DNA from: a virus
Lineage: Duplodnaviria; Caudoviricetes
IMG/VR virus record: IMGVR_UViG_3300027563_000005
Coordinates: 1 to 64,000 of that record
Length of the DNA: 64,000 nucleotides
Strand: one strand, 5' to 3'
The position numbers and the translations under genes were made by a program. Shown here piece after piece: positions 57,143 through 64,000 of the stretch; position 1 is the first letter of the stretch; each line of letters starts with the position of its first letter. The notes beneath the pieces are model-generated. The model was not told the DNA's origin. It made no database searches and saw only the letters and a list, made by a program, of their open reading frames with translations.

Positions 57143-58624
57143 TTATGCAAAATATTTTCTATTATGTACTACTAATCCTCCCGCTATTAAAATGTCATTA
57201 GGAGCTGCATCGAACTCATAAACATTTCTGTTTTCATCGATAATTTGAATTTCATTTACTAGAATAGAAGAGAAAGATCCATCTTCATTTCTAGAAATTA
57301 CTTCGTCTCCTGGCTCTAAAATTCCAGTTACTCCAAAGAAATATGTGTTATTTCTTTTCACAAGAATTGTTTGTTCTAGAGAGAATCTGTGAGCAGGGTT
57401 ACCGTTAATACATAGTGTAACTTCTTTAACAGAAGGAATTATGTTTGTTATAACAGTTGGAACAATTGCTAGATTGTTTAGTTCTGAGCTGGACCATGTG
57501 TAAGGGTCTACTGAGAATTCGCTATCTAGTCCGTCCCAAGTTACACCCCAAACATTATCTCCAATTTGAACATCTGAAGCTTTTTTGTATTCTATTGTAT
57601 TGTTTTCTCCGATTATTGTAATCAGTGTATCTTGATCAATACAGAAACCTGGAGGTGAGAAGAATCCTGGAGGTGAGAAGAACCCTGGAGGTGAGAAGAA
57701 TCCTGGAGGTGAGAAGAACCCTGGAGGTGAGAAGAACCCTGGAGGTGAGAAGAACCCTGGAGGGCTAAAGAAGTTTGGTGGCGCAAAGAAGCCTGGTGGG
57801 CTAAAGAACGACGGTGGGCTAAAGAACGCTGGTGGCGAGAAGAAGCCTGGTGGGCTAAAGAACGCTGGTGGCGAGAAGAACGCTGGTGGCGAGAAGAAGC
57901 CTGGTGGGCTAAAGAACGCTGGTGGCGAGAAGAACGCTGGTGGCGAGAAGAATGAAGGTGGCGAGAAGAAGCCTGGTGGGCTAAAGAACGCTGGTGGGAA
58001 GAACGGCGGGAAGAACGGGGCTAGAGTTGTTACAGAATTTGAACTTCCAGAGTAAGCAGAATTTTGATTTCCGTTTACAGCAAGTACTTGATATGTCTGT
58101 GCAGTATTTGCTGTTTCTGGTACAGTGTATGAAGTTCCAGTTGTTGAATAAGTTGGTCCATCAGAAGACTTAAGTATGTAACCAGTTACAGATGAGCCTC
58201 CATTATTTTCTGGTGCTGACCATGTAACATAGTCTTGATTTGTTTGCGCTGTTGCTACTGGAGCCGCTGGTGTTGAGGTAACTGTTGTTACTGTAACTGA
58301 ATTAGATGCGGCAGAAGGAAGGGATGTTCCGTTATCATTACTTGCTGTTACTGTTATGGTTGGCGTAGCGCCTACACCAAAACCTGTAATTGTTATTGGT
58401 GAGGCTGACCCTGTTGCTGTGTGTATTGTGTTGTGAACGCTACAAAAGCCAGAAGCCGTAAATGATGTTGCAGCATTTCTGTCGTCTGGGGTAAATGTTA
58501 TTGTAACTGCGCCGTTGTTGTACGGACGATTAGTTCCAACATTTGTTGCTGTACCAATAATTGGTGCATATGGTGCCAGGAAGTCATTAGCTCCCTGGCT
58601 CATTCTACCTGCTTGTTTTGACAT
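57143..58624 (-). CDS. FN3-domain protein with (xFFSPP)19 repeat and C-terminal Hint domain
   Basis: Two FN3-like units (VTWSAPENNGGSSVTGY, YQVLAVN), Pro/Phe repeat, then CIDQDTLI ... LEPGDEV ... VYEF ... LVVHN and tail RKYFA. Confidence 0.85.
   Translation of the reverse strand: MSKQAGRMSQGANDFLAPYAPIIGTATNVGTNRPYNNGAVTITFTPDDRNAATSFTASGFCSVHNTIHTATGSASPITITGFGVGATPTITVTASNDNGTSLPSAASNSVTVTTVTSTPAAPVATAQTNQDYVTWSAPENNGGSSVTGYILKSSDGPTYSTTGTSYTVPETANTAQTYQVLAVNGNQNSAYSGSSNSVTTLAPFFPPFFPPAFFSPPGFFSPPSFFSPPAFFSPPAFFSPPGFFSPPAFFSPPAFFSPPGFFSPPAFFSPPSFFSPPGFFAPPNFFSPPGFFSPPGFFSPPGFFSPPGFFSPPGFFSPPGFFSPPGFCIDQDTLITIIGENNTIEYKKASDVQIGDNVWGVTWDGLDSEFSVDPYTWSSSELNNLAIVPTVITNIIPSVKEVTLCINGNPAHRFSLEQTILVKRNNTYFFGVTGILEPGDEVISRNEDGSFSSILVNEIQIIDENRNVYEFDAAPNDILIAGGLVVHNRKYFA
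57161..57643 (-). other. Hint (intein-like) autoprocessing domain, 161 aa, no homing endonuclease
   Basis: Begins with Cys (CIDQDTLI), ends with His-Asn (LVVHN); +1 residue is Arg. Confidence 0.85.
57650..57991 (-). repeat. 19 x 18-bp coding tandem repeat encoding (A/G/S/N)FF(S/A)PP
   Basis: Counted directly; preceded by APFFPPFFPP (57992-58021); synonymous variation between units. Confidence 0.95.
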
Positions 58625-58648
58625 TTATATATTCTCCCTTAATCCGAA

Positions 58649-61600
58649 TTACGCTGAAAGGTCTCCAAAGACCAACCATCCGCTTGATATTTTCATTGCT
58701 GTTACAACTGAGTTAGTTGTTCTAAACTTAAGTCCTGGTGTTCCAACGACTCCATTAGTTGTTTCAAAACGTGCTCCTGTGGATGATGCCTGGTGGAAGT
58801 CGATTGACTGTCCAGTTACGTATCCTGTTGCTGGTAGAGTAATTACTACTGCTCCAGTTAGTGGTATAAACTGATCTGCCCGATCCGCTCCAATTGTAAC
58901 TGCTCCTGCTGCTAATGCAGTTGGAATGTTAGTAATAGAAGGGACGCCAGCCTTAGTCTGTGTACCGTCTGTAAAGACTACGCCAGATGCTGCAACTGTT
59001 ACTGCTCCAGTAAATGTTGGTGAAGCAATTGGAGCGAATCCTGCAATACTTGCGCCTGCTGGGATTGTAACTGTTCCTGTAAATGTAGGAGACTCAATGC
59101 CTGCTACTGTAGAGTAGTTTGTTCCATCATTTGTAAATTCCCATTTATCAGTAGACTCATTCCAGCGAACCTGAACTGCGTTTAAGTCTCCACGAACAAC
59201 TCTTATTCCTGAGTTTTCTGTTGGAGTACCAGTAGTAAAGTTGCTGTTTAAGTCAATAATATTATCGGCTAAAGAAATTGTTTCTGTGTTAATGCTTGTA
59301 GTTGTTCCGCTTACTGTTAAGTTTCCACCAACAACAAGGTTTCCATTTACTTCTGCATTATCATTAAGGTAAACTTTTCCTGTACCGTTTCCAGATAATG
59401 ATAGGTCTGTATTTAGTGTCTTGCTTGTAACGCTATCAGTTTTTACTCCATTGCTAAAGGCAATTCCATTACCGTCTGCGCTTGAGAAGTTGGCCCCTGC
59501 TTCAACTACTAGAGGTCCCTTGATATTAACAGAGCCAGTTCCTGTTGGATCTAGTTCAATGTTACCGCTTCCGCTTGTTCTTAGGCCAAGGTTTTCATCA
59601 ATGTCGGCAGAAACAACAATTGCTCCTGATTCATCTTGAATAACCTTCTGACCGTTAACGTATAGTGATCCTGGACCTACGTAAATATCTTTCCACATCT
59701 TTGTAGGAGAACCTAAGTCAAATGTGTTGTCAGTTGCAGGAACTATGCTTCCACCTGCAGTAACTGTTGGCAAAACTACAGTTCCTGTAAATGTTGGTGA
59801 TGCAAGTGGTGCTTTAAGATTGTCATTTGTAATAGTTGCATAAGTTGTGGCAGCTGTTGCGCTAGCAAGGTAGGTTGAAGATGCTGTACCTATCGCTAGC
59901 TTTGAATCTAATTGTGTTTGTATTGCTGAAGTTACACCATCAACATATCCAATTTCATCTGCTGAAACGTTTCCGATTGATGTAGTTGCTGGCAATACTA
60001 CTGTGCCAGTAAATGTAGGTGCTGCTGATGGGGCTTTTGCTGCAAGGTTTGAAACCAAGTCTGTAATTTTAGACTGATCAATAAATCCTGCAAGCATTAC
60101 GTTTGTAATTCCACCAGTGTTAGTTTTTACTATTGCCTCTCCAGCAATTTTTAGTGGAGAAATTTCTGCTGTGTCGCTAATATCTAAATTAGATATTGCT
60201 CCGTTTGCAATTTTTTCTGAAGTTACTGCATTATCCGCTAGTTCGCTTGTTCCTACAGAAGATGCTGCGATCTTTGCTGCTGTTACTGAATCATCGGCTA
60301 GCTTTAAAGTTGTTATTGTTAATTCTGCAATCTTTGCTGCTGTTACTGCGTTATCGGCTATCTCGCTGGTTCCTACAGCAGATGCTGCGATCTGTGCTGC
60401 TGTTACTGAATCATCGGCTAGCTTTGAACTTGTTACTGAATCGTCAGCCAACTTTGCGGTTGTTACTGCAAGATCTGCAACCTTTAACGTTGTTACTGAG
60501 TCATTAGATAATTTTTGATTTGTTACTGCTGCGTCGTCAATCTTTAAAGTTGTTACTGCGTCGTCGGCTAGTTTTAAAGTTGTTACTCCTTGGTTTGCAA
60601 TCTTTGCGGTTTCCACTGCAAGGTCTGCTAGCTTTGTAGCTCCAACAGCACCATTTGCAATTTTTGCTGAATTGACTGCTAGGTCTTCAATTTTACTTGG
60701 AGTGACTGCTGCGTCTGCAATCTTTGTTGCAATAACTGCTGCGTCTGCAATCTTTGTAGTTATTACTGAACCAGAAACAATTGCTCTAGATCCTACTGAG
60801 CTTACGTTCATCATTGGTTCTGTAACTGCAGAGTCAGGCAAAGTTACTGTTCCTGTAAATGTTGGACTAATAATAGGAGCTTTTAGGTCTATTTGTCCGT
60901 ATACCTGAGATATGTTTGCTGCATCGTATTTTGAATTAAGTTGTGTTTGTATGGCTGAAGTAACTCCATTTAATGTCTGAAGTTCAGCATTTGAAACATC
61001 TCCAATTGATGCACGGTCTGCAAATAGTCCTCCGAGTTGAAGGTCGTCTTTTGTGTATGTTGTAAAGTCTACTACTGTTGTAGGCTCTGCGGTAACACCA
61101 GAAAATAGTTTCCATCTTCCGCCATCAGATGCATCACGAACAAGACCAGAATGCTGGTATGTTCCGTCATTAAATGCTGCAACGACTCCAAGGTCAAGTG
61201 CGTTTGATTGGTTGCCATCTCCAATATAAATCATTGGATCGTCTATTGTTACATTTGTAGAATTTACTGTAGTGCTAGTTCCATTAACTGTCAGGTTGCC
61301 TGAAATGGTTACGTTATTAGCTGTGAGGCCTGTTGCAACATCTAGGTTAATTGCATTAAGTGTGGTGGCATTTACTGTTCCAGAAAAATTTGGAGAATTT
61401 GAAACTGCTATATCTAGGTATCCGCCTGCATCGTCATAAGTTTTAACAATGTTTGTGCCAGCAGTAATTTCAGCGGCTACAACATCTTGAATTGTTTCTG
61501 TTATGTCTAGCTCTGATGCTGGAACTTTACCGCTGCTGTTAAGTGATGCTACTCCAAGCGCTGTGCCGCGATCAGAAAGTGGTATAAATCCATCGTCAAC

Positions 61601-61948
61601 TGTATTTGATAATGCCAGTACGGTTTCCTGTACGTAATTTTTAGTTGCAATAATGCTTGAATCGACATTTATTGTAATGGTATTAGATCCATCGTTATAT
61701 GTCTTTGTTAGTCCCGCTCCCATTGTAAGTGCGGTGTTAATTGCGTCTTGGGAAATTTCACCAATCGCTACATCTGAATTATTTGCATATGCAAGGGCGG
61801 TCCAGGTAGAAGATCCGTTACCGAACTTAAATAGGTTTGAGTCTGACTCTACACCCATTTCTCCTGCTGCCAAAATTGGATTTACTGAGGTCCATTGTGA
61901 AGCTGTACCTCTTCTTACTTGAATTCTTACTGTTGACATATTTGCCAC
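58649..61948 (-). CDS. long fibre protein with Mtd-like N-terminal domain and 10-aa repeats
   Basis: IQVRRGTASQWTSVNPILAAGEMGVE N-terminus; (A/S)VTxxK(I/L)ADx repeats; recurrent SPTFTGTV motifs. Confidence 0.8.
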   Translation of the reverse strand: MANMSTVRIQVRRGTASQWTSVNPILAAGEMGVESDSNLFKFGNGSSTWTALAYANNSDVAIGEISQDAINTALTMGAGLTKTYNDGSNTITINVDSSIIATKNYVQETVLALSNTVDDGFIPLSDRGTALGVASLNSSGKVPASELDITETIQDVVAAEITAGTNIVKTYDDAGGYLDIAVSNSPNFSGTVNATTLNAINLDVATGLTANNVTISGNLTVNGTSTTVNSTNVTIDDPMIYIGDGNQSNALDLGVVAAFNDGTYQHSGLVRDASDGGRWKLFSGVTAEPTTVVDFTTYTKDDLQLGGLFADRASIGDVSNAELQTLNGVTSAIQTQLNSKYDAANISQVYGQIDLKAPIISPTFTGTVTLPDSAVTEPMMNVSSVGSRAIVSGSVITTKIADAAVIATKIADAAVTPSKIEDLAVNSAKIANGAVGATKLADLAVETAKIANQGVTTLKLADDAVTTLKIDDAAVTNQKLSNDSVTTLKVADLAVTTAKLADDSVTSSKLADDSVTAAQIAASAVGTSEIADNAVTAAKIAELTITTLKLADDSVTAAKIAASSVGTSELADNAVTSEKIANGAISNLDISDTAEISPLKIAGEAIVKTNTGGITNVMLAGFIDQSKITDLVSNLAAKAPSAAPTFTGTVVLPATTSIGNVSADEIGYVDGVTSAIQTQLDSKLAIGTASSTYLASATAATTYATITNDNLKAPLASPTFTGTVVLPTVTAGGSIVPATDNTFDLGSPTKMWKDIYVGPGSLYVNGQKVIQDESGAIVVSADIDENLGLRTSGSGNIELDPTGTGSVNIKGPLVVEAGANFSSADGNGIAFSNGVKTDSVTSKTLNTDLSLSGNGTGKVYLNDNAEVNGNLVVGGNLTVSGTTTSINTETISLADNIIDLNSNFTTGTPTENSGIRVVRGDLNAVQVRWNESTDKWEFTNDGTNYSTVAGIESPTFTGTVTIPAGASIAGFAPIASPTFTGAVTVAASGVVFTDGTQTKAGVPSITNIPTALAAGAVTIGADRADQFIPLTGAVVITLPATGYVTGQSIDFHQASSTGARFETTNGVVGTPGLKFRTTNSVVTAMKISSGWLVFGDLSA
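60190..60790 (-). repeat. degenerate 30-bp / 10-aa coding repeats (AVTTAKIADx)
   Basis: Roughly 20 consecutive decapeptide units visible in translation. Confidence 0.85.
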
Positions 61949-62000
61949 CCCTTGTTTAGATTTATTTGTTAATTATAGCACTACAATAATTCCAAAACAA

Positions 62001-62372
62001 TTACGAAATTGTTCCAGAATCAAAGGTCATGCTGTATATATCTGTTGAGTAATCTCCACCATCCGCAAACTTTGTGGCTGCTGTATTTACTCCATTTGCA
62101 AAAACTGTATATACTGGCTGGCCGTCATAATCTATTGCCAGTCCAATATCCATAAATGTTAAAGCACCTAGATCTTCCGCCGCATCTGTAAGGAGGGCGA
62201 TTTCCTTCCAAGCACCATTTATCTGGATCTTTAATCTTCCAGTTGATGAGTCGAAGGCAAGGGGGGTTGAATTTAAGACTAAGTTGTCTACATTTACTGC
62301 TGCATCGAATGTTGCAGGTCCTGCTACGTTAAGGCCATTTTTAACCTTGAAGTTTTTATTTACTATTGCCAT
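62001..62372 (-). CDS. small virion-associated/hypothetical protein
   Basis: NKNFKVKNGL N-terminus, DGG and terminal DSG motifs common in phage fibre-block genes. Confidence 0.6.
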   Translation of the reverse strand: MAIVNKNFKVKNGLNVAGPATFDAAVNVDNLVLNSTPLAFDSSTGRLKIQINGAWKEIALLTDAAEDLGALTFMDIGLAIDYDGQPVYTVFANGVNTAATKFADGGDYSTDIYSMTFDSGTIS

Positions 62373-62435
62373 TTAAGTTCACATATCCCCTAATGTTTTG
62401 GTGGGGTTTTGAAAGGACCCCATACCTTTTATTAA

Positions 62436-63998
62436 TTATTTAATTAGTGTTGCATAAACCATTACATCTGTTGATGCGTAGGTTGTTGTTACTGATATTG
62501 ATACATCTCCTGAAACGTATGCTGCTGATACTGTTCCAAGGTCGAGTCCTGTTGTGATTGAGCCAAACTCTGTTATTGCTACGTTATTGCTTGTATCTAA
62601 TGTAAGTAGTACTTCAGAAACCTGAGTATTGACTCCATTTTTTAATTTAACAATTGCTTTAGCTGTTCTGTAGTCTGCCGCTGCCCATGTAAGAGCATTA
62701 ACAGTTGCTGCTGATGCTACGGTTGAAGTTGCTGCCTGTACTGCTGCTACATCATTTACGTTGACCTTTGTAAATGGTGTTGTACCATTTTTTACGCTTG
62801 TAAGAGCGCTTGCTGCTGTTGATTCTGCTGAAGATTGTGCTGCTGCTTGTGCAGTTGCAATTGCTGAGGTACGGGCTGTTGCTTCACCTGAGATTGCAGT
62901 TGAAATTGCTGAGTTACGTGCTGTAGCTTCTGCAGCAACCTTTGACGTTGCATCCGCTGCTGCGGTTGCTACTGAGGCTGAATCGCCTGAAACTCTTAGA
63001 GCTGCTTCTGCTGCGACCTTAGCGGTTGCATCGGTTGCTGCCGTCGCTACTGAGGCTGCATCGCCTGATACTCTGAGGGTTGCTTCTGCTGCTACCTTAG
63101 ATGTAGCATCTGCTGATGCTGTGGCTTCTGCTGCTGCTTGAGCGGCGTTTGCCTTAGTTGTAGCATCTGCTGAAGCAGTTGATGCTGCGGCTGCTATATC
63201 TGTAGCAACTTGTGCTGAAGTAGCTTTTGTTGCCAAAGCTGTTGTAATGGTTGTTGTGTAGTTAGCATCGTTATTTATTGCTGCTGCTAATTCATCTAAT
63301 GTATTAAGAAGGTTTGGTGCGCCATCTACTAATGAATCTACTGCTGCTCCAATTGCTATATTACGGTTTGAAACCTCTGTTGAGATTGCTGTTGTAAGTG
63401 CTGCTGCTGCTGTTGCTTCTGCTCCAGCCTTTGCTGCATTAGCCTTTGTAGTTGCGTCTGCTGATGCTGCAGAGATAGCGGCTGCTTGAGCGGCATCTGC
63501 CTTGGTTGTTGCATCTGCTGCTGCAGTTGATACTGAGGCTGCGTCGCCTGATACTCTAAGTGCTGCTTCTGCAGCAACCTTTGACGTTGCATCCGCTGCT
63601 GCGGTTGCTACTGAGGCTGAATCGCCTGATACTCTGAGGGTTGCTTCTGCTGCTACCTTAGATGTAGCATCTGCTGATGCTGTGGCTTCTGCTGCAGTCT
63701 TTGCTGTTGCAATTGCTGCATTTCGGTCTGTAACCTCTGTTGCAATTGCTGTTGCAATTGCTGAGCTACGGGCTGTTGCTTCTGCGGCTACCTTAGATGT
63801 AGCATCTGTTGCTGCATTTGCTTGTGCGCTTGATGCTGCACCTGCTGCATCGTATGCTGCAGCTGTTGCTGCTAATGCACGAGCATTTGTGAAATATAGA
63901 TTTGATCCTTCTGCAAGATCGGCAGTATCATGGTTTGAAAGACTTGAAACTGTTCCTGTTACGTTACCAGTTAAGTTACCAACAATAGATGCTGTAAT
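62436..63998 (-). CDS. Ala-rich fibre protein (5' end lies beyond the window)
   Basis: Frame is open to the window edge (...GNLTGNVTGTV...DLAEGSNLYFTNAR...APNLLNTLDELAAAINNDANY...), longer than the 266-aa ORF listed. Confidence 0.85.
   Translation of the reverse strand: MTASIVGNLTGNVTGTVSSLSNHDTADLAEGSNLYFTNARALAATAAAYDAAGAASSAQANAATDATSKVAAEATARSSAIATAIATEVTDRNAAIATAKTAAEATASADATSKVAAEATLRVSGDSASVATAAADATSKVAAEAALRVSGDAASVSTAAADATTKADAAQAAAISAASADATTKANAAKAGAEATAAAALTTAISTEVSNRNIAIGAAVDSLVDGAPNLLNTLDELAAAINNDANYTTTITTALATKATSAQVATDIAAAASTASADATTKANAAQAAAEATASADATSKVAAEATLRVSGDAASVATAATDATAKVAAEAALRVSGDSASVATAAADATSKVAAEATARNSAISTAISGEATARTSAIATAQAAAQSSAESTAASALTSVKNGTTPFTKVNVNDVAAVQAATSTVASAATVNALTWAAADYRTAKAIVKLKNGVNTQVSEVLLTLDTSNNVAITEFGSITTGLDLGTVSAAYVSGDVSISVTTTYASTDVMVYATLIK
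62926..63695. repeat. identical internal direct repeats within Ala-rich fibre gene
   Basis: 62926-62990 equals 63565-63629 (65 bp); 63060-63134 equals 63621-63695 (75 bp). Confidence 0.85.
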
Positions 63999-64000
63999 TG

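Noticed and set aside
57161-57643. Selfish mobile intein
   Set aside because: No homing endonuclease, no Cys/Ser/Thr at +1, only five residues follow, and the host protein is not a conserved enzyme.
57650-58021. Tandem repeat as a CRISPR array
   Set aside because: Units are contiguous 18-mers with no unique spacers and are in-frame coding sequence.
58649-61948. Diversity-generating retroelement suggested by the Mtd-like N-terminus
   Set aside because: No reverse transcriptase and no template/variable repeat pair differing at adenines seen in the window; only the N-terminal structural domain is shared.
62398-62430. Terminator after the Ala-rich fibre gene
   Set aside because: Imperfect GGGGT/ACCCC stem without a U-tract on the coding strand; too weak to call.
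93-63141. Plus-strand ORFs in the ORF track (e.g. 32994-34079, 44660-45268)
   Set aside because: All are antisense shadows of well-supported minus-strand genes, lack RBSs and recognisable motifs.
63356-63592. Gln-rich 78-aa ORF
   Set aside because: Alternative frame of the Ala-rich fibre gene (GCA repeats read as CAG/CAA).
1-64000. Stop-codon reassignment, tRNA genes, integrase or lysis cassette
   Set aside because: Long genes read through intact in the standard code with all three stops used; no tRNA-like cloverleaf, integrase or endolysin was recognised in this window.

Overview
The window is a 64-kb, AT-rich, densely coded segment of a large tailed dsDNA phage (siphovirus-type); essentially all real genes are on the minus strand. 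Read in transcription direction (right to left): a block of fibre/adhesin genes, an unusual locus encoding an FN3 + (xFFSPP)19 + Hint-domain protein followed directly by nine putative modifying enzymes (sulfotransferase-like, Asp/Asn beta-hydroxylase-like, five prolyl-4-hydroxylase-like 2OG-Fe(II) oxygenases, two DUF6065-like proteins), a collagen-like fibre and a LamG protein; then portal, protease/scaffold, HK97-type capsid, head-tail connectors, tail tube, frameshifted tail chaperones and a 3958-aa tape measure protein carrying apparent cargo domains (atypical kinase-like, OmpA-like, three ADP-ribosyltransferase-like segments); then tail tip genes, and a replication/recombination module (phosphoesterase, DnaB, primase, SSB, DnaE, MazG-like, RecA, resolvases, Cas4-like nuclease) ending in the terminase genes. 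Gene content and order resemble large actinobacterial siphoviruses, and repeated leaderless extended -10 promoters also point to an actinobacterial (possibly low-GC freshwater) host; this is inference. The best candidate for an undescribed system is a phage-encoded post-translational modification pathway for a self-processing, proline-rich repeat protein (50857-58624); the second is the tape measure acting as a cleavable multi-effector polyprotein. All family assignments are from motif recognition by eye, not database searches.
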